Source of the DNA: Candidatus Xenobia bacterium
GTDB taxonomy: Bacteria; Vulcanimicrobiota; Xenobia; Xenobiales; QWHO01
DNA: 64,000 bases
Direction of reading: 5' to 3'
Assembly: GCA_045863235.1 (NCBI GenBank)
Contig: BTUM01000044.1
Coordinates: 1-64,000 of the forward strand
Shown here piece by piece: positions 35,855 through 44,991 of this stretch (positions are counted from its first letter, which is position 1; the number at the start of each line of letters is the position of its first letter). A model generated the notes under the pieces. It did not search any database, was not told the origin of the DNA, and worked only from the letters and a program-made list of their open reading frames with translations. Made by a program: the position numbers and the translations under genes.

Positions 35855-38800
35855 ATGCGGATCGACCCTCCTTCCTTTGCCCTGCCCTCCCGCGCCCCCG
35901 GCGGCGGCCCCCCGGTCGATCGCGCCGAGCTCGAGCAGACGGCTCAACGGCTGCAAGAGGAAGGCTATCGTTTTCAGGTCTACAAGGGCACCTGGTGGCC
36001 GTTCTCGGAGGTCAGGTGGCGTGAGGTCGACCCCGACGAAGGCCTGCAGCGTCTGAGCGAGGACGCCGAGGTTCGCCTCGTCAAAGGCGAGGATACCTAT
36101 CAGGTCCTCAGCAAATCGGACCTGGTCGAGCTGGCGGCTTTCAACTCGGGACAGGTGGACGCTTTACCTCAGCCCAGGCTGGCACGCGCCCTGGCGGCCC
36201 TGTCCAAGCAGGGCATCTTGAGCGGGCTTTCGGGCAATCTGACGGCCTATCAGGCTTACAACCTGTTGCTGCAGGACCCGAACCACGAACGGCAGGAAGT
36301 GCGCTTCACCCGCCAGGGGGACACCCTCCATCTGAACGGTCCGAGCGATGCCGAGACGGCCGCCTGGCTGGTGGCCGGGGTGGGGGAGCAGGCCGACGTG
36401 GCCCCTCGAGCGGTCCAGCTCAAGCAACTGAAGGAGCTGGGCTTCCAGGTGGATCCGTTCAAGCTGTTTGCCCAGAGGCGCTCGGGGGGCAGTCTCTCCC
36501 TGACCCTGGGTAACCAGGTGCTGGGCAGCATGCCGCTCGATCAGCTCGACCCTGGCAAGGCCGAGCAGCTCTGCCAGGAGTGGAAACAGGCCCAGCAGAG
36601 CCTGGGCCAGGAGGCCCGGGTTTGCTGGGAGGCCCTGCAAGACCGGGCCGGAGCGGCCTTGCCGTTCTCCGAGCGACTGTCGGCCATGGCCACCCTGAAG
36701 GAGCGCCTGGGGGAGCCCCGTGGACGAGAGCTCTACAAAGCCGTCCTGGGCACCCTCAAACAGGGGGAGAAGCTGGACAGCCGGGTCGCCCAGGCGCTGG
36801 AGGTGGTGGCCCTGGCCCCCGCCCACCCTGCTCTGGCGGTGCAGGTCTACCGCGGTTACCAGAGCCGCGGCGCCTTCTATCCCGAGCTGCTCGAGCGCAC
36901 CGGCGACCTCAAGATTACCGACCGCCTGGCGGCCGCGGTTCCGGTGGAGCAGGAGCAGCAGCTGTTCGGTTTGCTGGAGGACCTCAAGTCGATCGACCGC
37001 CCGGTGGCCCACGAGCTGGCCGTGGGCCTGGCCGAGCAGAAGGTGCTGGTGGAGCAGCGCTCGCTGGTGTCCGCGCTGGCTACCCCGGGAACGACCGCGC
37101 GCGAAGTCTTCCAGGCCCGCGACGAGATTCTCAAGGGCGACGTCGAGGAGCGCACGCAGCTGCTCCAGGCCAGCCGTGCCGAGATGAGCCTGCCCTCGGC
37201 CACGCGGCTGCTGGCCGCCTGCACCGACCCCGCCGCTGTCGAGGTGTATCGCGCGCTGCGCGGGGCGGGGATGGAGGAAGTCCAGGCGGTGGCCCTGACC
37301 GAAGCGATGGCCCGCTCGCGGCGTGAAGGGGAGAAGCTGACCGACCTGGTCGGACCGGCCCTCGAGCTGCGCGAGCTGGCGCCCAAGAGCTACTACGACC
37401 TCTATTCGGAGCTGCGCAAGACTTCCGGTCGTGAGGCGGCTTTCCTGGAGCACTATCGGCGCTCTCAGAACGGTCGCGAGGCGGCCGCCGTGGCGGCCAA
37501 CCTGCCACCCGAGCAGAACGCTCTGTTCTTTGCGACCTGTGACCAGCTGAAGGCCGCGGGCATCAAGCACGGACCGCAGCTTGTTCTGGAAGCGGTGGCC
37601 AAGCATCGCCTGGAGGCTGATTCCGCCCGGTTGGAGCGCATCCCCTCCCTGGCAGTCTACCAGGCCATGGTCGCGAACGCGCCGGCCGGCAGTGAAGACG
37701 CCTTTTTGAGCCTGGCCGCCGAACCGGGGCTGAAAGAGCCGGTTGCGAGCTGGAAGAAGGTGTTCAACGGGCTAAGCGAGGAGGCGCACGAGCGGGTGAG
37801 CCTGTGGAAGGCGATGCGGGTCAAGCTGGGCACCAACGCGGCCCTGGCTGACCGCCTGATGCTGGCTGTTCCCCCGTCGGTCGAGACCGATCCCGTGCTG
37901 GAAACCCTGTCCGTGCTGCTGGGTAAGACTCCCAGGGAGCCCTCCAAAGCGGTGGAGGCTTTCGAGAAGGTGTACCAGAGCCGCTCCTCCGAGCTTCTGG
38001 CCCACCTGGTCCGAGGCGGCGCCAACCTGGAGGAGGCCACCGAGATGGCCCGCCGGGTGGGGCGCAACGATCTGCCCGGAGCCCAGCTGCCTCAGAGCCA
38101 GCGCTGCGAGCTGGTGGGGCGACTGGGAGCGCTGCGCGGAGGCAACCTGCAGGAGGGCTTCCAGGATTACCTGTTTCTGGCTACCCGGCTGGAGGACTAC
38201 GAGCAGATCCCGATGGCCGTGGAGTTCTTCGCCACCCTGATCGAGACCGGCTTGAGCCCGAGCGAGGCCCGGATGGCGTATGTCGAGTTGGAGCGGCGAC
38301 CCGAGCTGGGGGTGCACCAGAGCACCGTCCTCAAGGCCCTGCGCTTTGCCGACGGCCTGGCAGGGGCGCGCGAGATTCTCGATCAGGTGGCCCGGCTCTC
38401 GCCCGAGGAGGCGGCCAGCCGCCTGGAGGAAGTGCTGGCCCACGAGGATGCCATGCAGGGCCTGGAGCCCAGGCTGCGCACGCGACTGGCCGCCGGACAC
38501 CTGGGCGCTCCCCTGGAAGCGCAAGGGCTGGAGCAACTGGGCTCTCTTCTAGGCTCTCGCCTGCACTGGACCCCTCATCCGGGCTGGACGGTGGGCGGTG
38601 ACCCCCCCGGCTTGCGCCTGGAGCTCCCCAAGGGAGCCAGCAAAGTTGGGGCCATCGAGTCCAGCCCTCTCTGGCTCGCCTCCGATGGCGAGAGCACGCT
38701 CAGCTTCGATTTCGCGGCCGGCCAGTCGTCGCGTCTGGTCGCTCTGGTGGAGGGCGCGGACAAACCAGTCGTGCTGGCCTCTCTGGAGAATTCGGGCCAG

Positions 38801-40108
38801 AATGTGGTGGTCAATCTCTCTTCCATGCGCGGAAAGAAGATTCGCCTGCGCCTGGAGTGCACCAGGACCGATCTTCAGCAGAAGCTGGAGTTCACCAACC
38901 TGCGCCTCGACACCACCCCCACGGTCGGTCGCACCGACCTCACCGCCAGCGATTTCAGCTCTTCCGAGGGACAGATCTCCACGCCGGTGCAGCTCAGCTC
39001 CACGGCCACCACGCAGCTTTGCGCCAGCCTGGGAGGCCAGTCGTTGACTATCGAGGCCTACAACGGCTCCAACTGGGTTCGCCTGCCCATCAGTCGTCCC
39101 GAAGGGGGGTTGGTGAAATCCGACCTGTCGGCCTATCGGGGCAAGAAGCTCTATCTTCGGTTTCGCAACAGCAGCGGCAGTGCTGCCCGGCCGCGTTTCG
39201 TCCAGCTGCGCGAGGACCCGGGCTCGACCGCGGTGCGCCCGCTGGTGGGCAGCCACGGACCCGTGGCAGAAGAGGTCCTGGCTCTGGCCTTCGACCCCTC
39301 GCGTCGGCCCGAGCAGCGTTTGAGCGCCCTTCAGGGACTGCAGCTGCTGGGCGACGACCTGGAGGCGGCCTGGAAGGCCTGGCCGATGCTCGAGCCCCAC
39401 GTTGGCTCGGGGGACTTTGAGGATCGGGTGGGAGCGATCAAGGCCTTGCTCCCCGAGGTCGAGTTGCTGGCGGAGCTCGAGAAGGGACGTCAGCCGGGTG
39501 AGAGCCTGACGGACCTGGCCCGTCTGCGCAAAGGACGCTCCGCCGAAGACTTCGCCCGCCTGCGCGAGCGACTTCGCTGGGAGAGCCAGGACGCCACGCC
39601 CGCTTCCTCGGTCGCGTTCGTAGGCGCCGTGCAGAGCCGGGCGGGTGTTGAGTCAGCCGACCTGGCCTGGCAGGCCGTGGCCCCTCCCATCCATGACGAA
39701 AGCCTGAACGAGCGCCGGCAGGCCTACCTCGACCTGCTGGAAGGCTGCGCAGGAGACGGCAAGCTGGCCCACCAGGTCTACCGCCAGCTCTTGACCTGGC
39801 TCGAGCCCTCCGAGGGCATCCAGCGAGCCGCGCGGGCCGCGGTAGAGCTACGGGCCCTGGTTCCCAAAGCCGAGGACTGGGTCAAGATGCTCGGGGACCT
39901 GCAGGCCAGCCAGCTCGACGGGCGTCTGCAGGGGGTGATGCTCAAACGAATGTCCACCTTCCTGATCGGCAAGGTGACCCTGGAGGGCGTCAAGCTCCAG
40001 GAGGCCTTGAGGATCATGCCCGAGGAGCTCAAGGGCAAGACCGGCATCGAGGAGCGCGAGCTGCACCTGGTGGTGGGCGGAGTGCGCCTGGGCAAGCGCG
40101 ACGAGTGA
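35855..40108 (+). CDS. Large protein (1417 aa): family-specific N domain, helical core, two beta-sandwich modules, C-terminal tag
   Basis: N-terminal ~190 aa aligns with the 17368-21468 protein; NLSSMRGKKIRLRLE / DLSAYRGKKLYLRFR duplication; ends GIEERELHLVVGGVRLGKRDE. Confidence 0.85.
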   Translation: MRIDPPSFALPSRAPGGGPPVDRAELEQTAQRLQEEGYRFQVYKGTWWPFSEVRWREVDPDEGLQRLSEDAEVRLVKGEDTYQVLSKSDLVELAAFNSGQVDALPQPRLARALAALSKQGILSGLSGNLTAYQAYNLLLQDPNHERQEVRFTRQGDTLHLNGPSDAETAAWLVAGVGEQADVAPRAVQLKQLKELGFQVDPFKLFAQRRSGGSLSLTLGNQVLGSMPLDQLDPGKAEQLCQEWKQAQQSLGQEARVCWEALQDRAGAALPFSERLSAMATLKERLGEPRGRELYKAVLGTLKQGEKLDSRVAQALEVVALAPAHPALAVQVYRGYQSRGAFYPELLERTGDLKITDRLAAAVPVEQEQQLFGLLEDLKSIDRPVAHELAVGLAEQKVLVEQRSLVSALATPGTTAREVFQARDEILKGDVEERTQLLQASRAEMSLPSATRLLAACTDPAAVEVYRALRGAGMEEVQAVALTEAMARSRREGEKLTDLVGPALELRELAPKSYYDLYSELRKTSGREAAFLEHYRRSQNGREAAAVAANLPPEQNALFFATCDQLKAAGIKHGPQLVLEAVAKHRLEADSARLERIPSLAVYQAMVANAPAGSEDAFLSLAAEPGLKEPVASWKKVFNGLSEEAHERVSLWKAMRVKLGTNAALADRLMLAVPPSVETDPVLETLSVLLGKTPREPSKAVEAFEKVYQSRSSELLAHLVRGGANLEEATEMARRVGRNDLPGAQLPQSQRCELVGRLGALRGGNLQEGFQDYLFLATRLEDYEQIPMAVEFFATLIETGLSPSEARMAYVELERRPELGVHQSTVLKALRFADGLAGAREILDQVARLSPEEAASRLEEVLAHEDAMQGLEPRLRTRLAAGHLGAPLEAQGLEQLGSLLGSRLHWTPHPGWTVGGDPPGLRLELPKGASKVGAIESSPLWLASDGESTLSFDFAAGQSSRLVALVEGADKPVVLASLENSGQNVVVNLSSMRGKKIRLRLECTRTDLQQKLEFTNLRLDTTPTVGRTDLTASDFSSSEGQISTPVQLSSTATTQLCASLGGQSLTIEAYNGSNWVRLPISRPEGGLVKSDLSAYRGKKLYLRFRNSSGSAARPRFVQLREDPGSTAVRPLVGSHGPVAEEVLALAFDPSRRPEQRLSALQGLQLLGDDLEAAWKAWPMLEPHVGSGDFEDRVGAIKALLPEVELLAELEKGRQPGESLTDLARLRKGRSAEDFARLRERLRWESQDATPASSVAFVGAVQSRAGVESADLAWQAVAPPIHDESLNERRQAYLDLLEGCAGDGKLAHQVYRQLLTWLEPSEGIQRAARAAVELRALVPKAEDWVKMLGDLQASQLDGRLQGVMLKRMSTFLIGKVTLEGVKLQEALRIMPEELKGKTGIEERELHLVVGGVRLGKRDE

Positions 40109-40114
40109 GAATGC

Positions 40115-40145
40115 AAAAGAGGGCGGCCCAACGGGCTCGCCCTCT
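40115..40145 (-). terminator. Intrinsic terminator between convergent genes
   Basis: AGAGGGCGAGCCC-GTT-GGGCCGCCCTCT-TTT on the minus strand. Confidence 0.65.
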
Positions 40146-40165
40146 GTGACAGCTCCGGGGGAGCC

Positions 40166-40723
40166 TCAGGCTCCGATGAACTGAATCAGCACGTTGCGGG
40201 TGCGGGGCCGGTCAAGCTCGAGCATGAAGACCCGCTGCCAGCGACCCAGCGTCAGACGGCCGTCCTGGATGGGCATGGTGACCGAGCATCCCAGCGTCAG
40301 GTGCTGCAGGTGGGAGTGGGCGTTGTCGCACTCGTCCTCGCACATGTTGACGGTACGGATGGTGAAGTCGTTGTGTTGGTACAGCGAGGCGGGGTCAGCC
40401 ATCTTCCAGAGGAAATTCTTCATGTCCTCAATCAGCAATGGCTCGTTCTCATTGATGATGATGGCTGCCGTGGTGTGTTGCGAGTACACCAGCGCCTGCC
40501 CGTTCTGGATGCCGGCCCGAGCCAGAAGAGACTCGACCTGATCGGTGATATCGATGAACTGGGGACCGGTGGCCGATTCGATGGTCAGTCGGGACATGTA
40601 GACCCGGGGTTGTCCCAGGCTTTGCCCGGTGGCATCGGCACGCACCTGAATGCTGGGCTTGTTCTCCAAAGTCAGCGTCGTCTTGGCGCCGTTGGATGGC
40701 GCCACCATTGTACCGTTCTTCAC
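40166..40723 (-). CDS. yjbQ: YjbQ/UPF0047-family protein
   Basis: DITDQV, HTTAAIIINENEP, NAHSHL, LGRWQRVFMLELDRPRTR. Confidence 0.92.
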   Translation of the reverse strand: MKNGTMVAPSNGAKTTLTLENKPSIQVRADATGQSLGQPRVYMSRLTIESATGPQFIDITDQVESLLARAGIQNGQALVYSQHTTAAIIINENEPLLIEDMKNFLWKMADPASLYQHNDFTIRTVNMCEDECDNAHSHLQHLTLGCSVTMPIQDGRLTLGRWQRVFMLELDRPRTRNVLIQFIGA

Positions 40724-40916
40724 TCTAAAGCTCCCTATGTTGCGAGGCCGGCCTTCACCGGCCTCCTTGCCTGTTGTAAGCGGCCAGAACCTGGCTCTGA
40801 CACGCTTTTAGTGCTGTTGCACCGATCCTAATGAACCGAAGCCCGCTCATTCTCTCCTCACCTGAAGATTCCTCTCGGCAGGTCGCTCGACCCGGTCCTG
40901 TAGAATGCACGCGCGC

Positions 40917-41618
40917 ATGCGCGCACTGGTTCTGGATGTGGAAGGCACGACGACCCCCATCAGCTTCGTCTATGAGACGCTCTTTCCGTATGCGCGCAAA
41001 CGATTGAGAAACTTCGTTGAGAGCAATTGGGATCGGCTGGATGAAGTCATTCAGGCCTTCCAGAAGCAGGCGGCCGACGATCTGGTTGCCGATCACCCGT
41101 TGCGACCGGTTACCGGTCGCGAGTCGTTGATTCACAATGCCCTGGCCTACATGGATCAAGACCTCAAGATCCCCTGCCTGAAAACGCTGCAGGGCTTGAT
41201 CTGGGAAGAGGGCTATCGAGACGGCAGCCTCAAGGGCGAGGTCTTCTTCGATGTCAAGCCGGCCTTTCAGCGCTGGAGCCAGGCCGGCTTGAAGCTGGCC
41301 ATCTACTCCTCCGGCAGCGTGTTCGCCCAGAGGCTCCTGTTCGGCAACTCCAGCGAGGGCGACCTGACCCGCTATATCTCGGATTACTTCGACACCGAGG
41401 TGGGAGCCAAGCGCGAAGCCGAGAGCTATCGCCGCATCGCCGCCCGCCTCGGCCTGGATCGAGACCTGCTGCTGTTTGCCACCGACGTGGTGGCTGAGGC
41501 CGAGGCCGCTCACGAGGCCGGCCTTGAGGTCGTCCTCCTGCGCCGCCCGGGTAATCCCGACCCGGGGCCGCATCCCTTTCCCGAGGCGCGCGACTTCACC
41601 ACGCCACCGTTTCCCTAG
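40917..41618 (+). CDS. mtnC: Enolase-phosphatase E1 (acireductone synthase, HAD)
   Basis: LDVEGTTTPISFV..LFPYAR, LKTLQGLIWEEGY, IYSSGSVFAQ, GAKREAESY. Confidence 0.95.
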   Translation: MRALVLDVEGTTTPISFVYETLFPYARKRLRNFVESNWDRLDEVIQAFQKQAADDLVADHPLRPVTGRESLIHNALAYMDQDLKIPCLKTLQGLIWEEGYRDGSLKGEVFFDVKPAFQRWSQAGLKLAIYSSGSVFAQRLLFGNSSEGDLTRYISDYFDTEVGAKREAESYRRIAARLGLDRDLLLFATDVVAEAEAAHEAGLEVVLLRRPGNPDPGPHPFPEARDFTTPPFP

Positions 41619-41958
41619 CGGGGGCGGGCGACGAAGCGGCGCCTCTGCGGTGACGCCGGCCGGGGCCCGGACCACCTTTGCCTGGTTGAGGGCCCCGAGT
41701 GGGCATCATCGCCTACCCGAGAAGGGCTGGACCGGCTCAGTCTCGAGAGCTGGTGCCGGCGGGTGCCCTGCCTGGACGACCCGACCAGGGAATCGCCCGC
41801 CCGTGGCCTAGGCCGCGGGCGGCGAGCTCGACCGCGACACCTGCGCCGAGGCCATCGCCCGCTTCGAGCGGGCCGGCGAGGTCTTGCGGGGGGAGATGCG
41901 GGTAGTGAGCGTTGCGCCGGGCTGAGCGGGTGCTGCAGCCCTCATCATCTTGGGCAGG

Positions 41959-42735
41959 TCAGGAAGGGGCCTGGGCCTTGCGTACCAGCGAGGTCACCAG
42001 CGAGCGAGGCAGGAAGCGAATGGCGGTGGCATAGATCCAGTTCATGGTTCCAGGGACGCAGACCGCCTGGCCCCGCCGGGTGGCTGCCCAGCCGACCCGA
42101 GCCACCTCGGCCGAGGTGGGGAGCTTGCGCTGCACCAGCCTGCTCTTCTGCATGCCCGCGGCGGCCTGAAAGCCTGACTCGGTGGGGCCGGGACAGAAGG
42201 CAGTCACGCTCACGCCCTGGTCTTTCAGCTCATTGGCCAGGGCTTCCGAGAGGCTGAGGACGTAGGCTTTGGTGGCGTAGTAGACAGCCATCAGCGGTCC
42301 GGGCTGAAAGGCGGCCGTGGAGGCCACGTTCATCACGCGTCCGTGGCCGCGCGCGATCATCGGGGGCAGCAATAGCTTGGTCAGATCGGTCAGGGCCACC
42401 ATGTTGAGTTGCAGCATGTCAAGCTCGGCTCTGCGGTCGGTCTCCGCGAACGGGCCATAAGTGGCAAAGCCAGCATTGTTGACCAGGATGTCCACGGGAA
42501 GCTGGCGTTTCTCGAGCTCGGCGACCAGCTCGCCCGGGGCCTCAGGGCGGGTCAGGTCGGAAGGCAGCACGGTGACCTCCACCGAGTGGCTCTGGCGTAG
42601 CTCGGTGGCCAGCTGCTCGAGCCGGTCGGCGCTGCGGGCCACCAGCACCAGGTCGCAGCCTTCGGCGGCCGCCAGGCGGGCCAGCTCCAGTCCGATGCCG
42701 CTGGAAGCCCCTGTAATCAGAACTCGTTCTTTCAT
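41959..42735 (-). CDS. Short-chain dehydrogenase/reductase (DltE-like)
   Basis: TGASSGIG, NNAG, YYATK. Confidence 0.93.
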   Translation of the reverse strand: MKERVLITGASSGIGLELARLAAAEGCDLVLVARSADRLEQLATELRQSHSVEVTVLPSDLTRPEAPGELVAELEKRQLPVDILVNNAGFATYGPFAETDRRAELDMLQLNMVALTDLTKLLLPPMIARGHGRVMNVASTAAFQPGPLMAVYYATKAYVLSLSEALANELKDQGVSVTAFCPGPTESGFQAAAGMQKSRLVQRKLPTSAEVARVGWAATRRGQAVCVPGTMNWIYATAIRFLPRSLVTSLVRKAQAPS

Positions 42736-42829
42736 GGGAAGCCATTCCCTCAGGGAATGGTGGATCTCCTGCGCCCGAGGTGCTACAATGGGGTCCGCAT
42801 TGTCATCGAATCAAAGGAGGTAGACCGTT

Positions 42830-43381
42830 TTGGCCTACGTCGTCGTTAAGGAAGAGCCCGCTCGTCGACTCGAGGGTGAGGAAGCCCTCAAGTTCCTTGC
42901 TTCGCGCGGTATTGGCTACGAGGAGTGGGACGTCTCGCAGGTTCCCGCCGAGCTGCGCACCTTTCGCAAGCTCAACGAGGACGAGCAGCGCCAGCTGCTG
43001 GCCACCTGGGGCGATCAGATCGACCGCCTGATGCGGTCGAACGACTATAAGACGGCCGACGTTCTGGCCGTGTCCGACGAGACCGTGCCCAACCTGGATA
43101 CCATGCTCGACAAGTTCCGCCCCGAGCACTACCACACCGAGGACGAGGTGCGCTTCGTCATCTCAGGTCACGGAATGTTCGGTATCCACCAGAGCCAGCC
43201 GGACGAGTGCACCTTCGAAGTGCACGTCGGCCCGGGCGATCTGCTCATGGTTCCCGAGGGCACCTGGCACTGGTTTGACCTCAAGGAGGATCGCTGCATT
43301 CAATGCGTGCGGCTCTTCCAGGACATGTCCGGCTGGACGCCCTACTATCGGACGGCGGAGATGCCTGCGGCCCGACCGTAG
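42830..43381 (+). CDS. mtnD: Acireductone dioxygenase
   Basis: EHYHTEDEVRF, GDLLMVPEGTWHWF, VRLFQDMSGW; AAGGAGG RBS before TTG. Confidence 0.95.
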   Translation: MAYVVVKEEPARRLEGEEALKFLASRGIGYEEWDVSQVPAELRTFRKLNEDEQRQLLATWGDQIDRLMRSNDYKTADVLAVSDETVPNLDTMLDKFRPEHYHTEDEVRFVISGHGMFGIHQSQPDECTFEVHVGPGDLLMVPEGTWHWFDLKEDRCIQCVRLFQDMSGWTPYYRTAEMPAARP

Positions 43382-43953
43382 TATTCCAGCAAGAACTCGA
43401 TGACCTCGACGTGGCGACGCGCTTCGTCCAGGTCGGCTCCCCAGGAATAGACCCCGTGCAGTCGCACCACCACGGCCGGGTATCGCTCGTCGAGCCCGGC
43501 CTCGACATTTTTGGCCAGCTCTTGCATGTCGCGAGCATTGTCGACCACCGGCAGCAGCACCGGGTCGCCCAGGTGGATGCCCGCCAGGCCCTTGGTCATC
43601 TCGACCCCGGTCAGCTCGATGCGGTCCCGGGCCAGCTCCGAAGCCAGGTTGTTCCAGACCGAGTGGACGTGGTAGACAGCCCGGGCCCGCGTCCGTCGGT
43701 AGACCACCTCGTGCACGGTGACCTCCGAGGAGGGGCGGTGGCGACTGGGGGCAAGCAGCTCGAGCCCGGCTCCCACGCGCAGGAAGTCCTGGGCGCTCAG
43801 GCGCGACTTGTCCACGCCGGAAGCGGAGACCAGCATCTCCAGCGGGTCATCCTTCAGCTTGACCGAGAGGTTGCCGCAGGTGCCCAGCATCCAGCCTCGC
43901 TTCCAGAAGCGGTGGGCGTCGGCCGCCATGGTCGCGATGGCGACCTCGCTCAT
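43345..43953 (-). CDS. mtnB: Methylthioribulose-1-phosphate dehydratase
   Basis: GWMLGTCGNLS, SGVDK, PSSEVTVH, HVHS, HGVYSWG, HVEVIEFL. Confidence 0.93.
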   Translation of the reverse strand: MSEVAIATMAADAHRFWKRGWMLGTCGNLSVKLKDDPLEMLVSASGVDKSRLSAQDFLRVGAGLELLAPSRHRPSSEVTVHEVVYRRTRARAVYHVHSVWNNLASELARDRIELTGVEMTKGLAGIHLGDPVLLPVVDNARDMQELAKNVEAGLDERYPAVVVRLHGVYSWGADLDEARRHVEVIEFLLEYYGRAAGISAVR

Positions 43954-44966
43954 CGCGCCTTGAGAACGGTCAGCCTGGCCTTAGGATTCAGGGCGGACAG
44001 CAGATTGCGGGTGGCGCCCTCCTGGCTGGCCGGCGCGCCTTCCTTTTCTACCAGCACCGCCCGCTCGATGTCGCGGTACTCGGCATGGTCGGCCACCAGA
44101 TTGACGATGGCCCCCTGCAGAGGGGACATGCTGGGGTTGAAAGCCGCATTCTCGGCGCATCCGCCCACGTAGATCTTGCCTGAGGTGGTCTGCAGCGCCA
44201 CTCCCGAGGGGCTCTGGGAATAAGGGGCGTAGCTCTTGCGGGCAGCCGCCAGGGCCGCCTCGCTCAACTCATCGGCCTTCTTGCCCGGCAAATGCAGGTT
44301 CCAGGGCGACGAGCCCAGCAGCCCCCCGGCCTGGCCAAGATCCTGTGGTCCGAAGAAGTTCGGCAGCAGCGTGCGCAGGCGGACAGGGCGGCGACTGGGA
44401 GTCAGGATCCGGGCGTTGCCGGCCGAGGGCAGCTCGTTGAGGAACTGGCGGCACAGGCCGCTGGGGGTGTCGAACAGGGCCACCGCTTCCAGCGAGGTCT
44501 CGCCTCGCATCAAGGCCTGGGCCACGATGGCCTGCTCGGCGTGGACCGTGTAGCTCAAGGGCACGTGCAAGAACTCGATGTTGTAGCCAAAATAGAGGTC
44601 GCCCTTTTTACCCTTGCCCACCACGCCGACCCGGTAGTGCGAGATAGGCGCTCGGGCAAAGCCGCGGGCGATAGGCAGAAGCTCGAGCATCAGTCGATCC
44701 ATGGTCAGCTCGAGCTTGCGGGCCATCTCGCGAGCGGCGCGCGCCGGGATGATGCTGCGCTTGCCCACCATCTCATCGAGCTGCAAGGTGAGCACCGAGC
44801 GGTTGTGCGAATAAAGGCCTGGCAGCATGGGGCCGGAAGCCGCGACCGCGGCTGCGGCGGCGGTGGACAGCCCGATCAGGCCGGTTACCTCAAAACGATG
44901 GAGCTGATTGAGCAGCTCGTCTGATTTCGACACGCGGTCCCCCTGTGATGGGATTGAGGGCGGCAT
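43950..44966 (-). CDS. cdd: Homodimeric-type cytidine deaminase homolog with altered Zn motif
   Basis: ARAPISHYRVG, VHAEQ, PSGLCRQFLNEL, SYAPYS, ENAAFNPS; start may be GTG at about 44933. Confidence 0.85.
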   Translation of the reverse strand: MPPSIPSQGDRVSKSDELLNQLHRFEVTGLIGLSTAAAAAVAASGPMLPGLYSHNRSVLTLQLDEMVGKRSIIPARAAREMARKLELTMDRLMLELLPIARGFARAPISHYRVGVVGKGKKGDLYFGYNIEFLHVPLSYTVHAEQAIVAQALMRGETSLEAVALFDTPSGLCRQFLNELPSAGNARILTPSRRPVRLRTLLPNFFGPQDLGQAGGLLGSSPWNLHLPGKKADELSEAALAAARKSYAPYSQSPSGVALQTTSGKIYVGGCAENAAFNPSMSPLQGAIVNLVADHAEYRDIERAVLVEKEGAPASQEGATRNLLSALNPKARLTVLKAR

Positions 44967-44991
44967 TTCGGTCGCTTCGGGGCGGATCCTC

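Noticed and set aside
41619..41958. Possible gene remnant (..GELDRDTCAEAIARFERAGEVLRGEMRVV..)
   Set aside because: The fragment looks coding-like but has no start signal or recognisable family; too weak to call a pseudogene.
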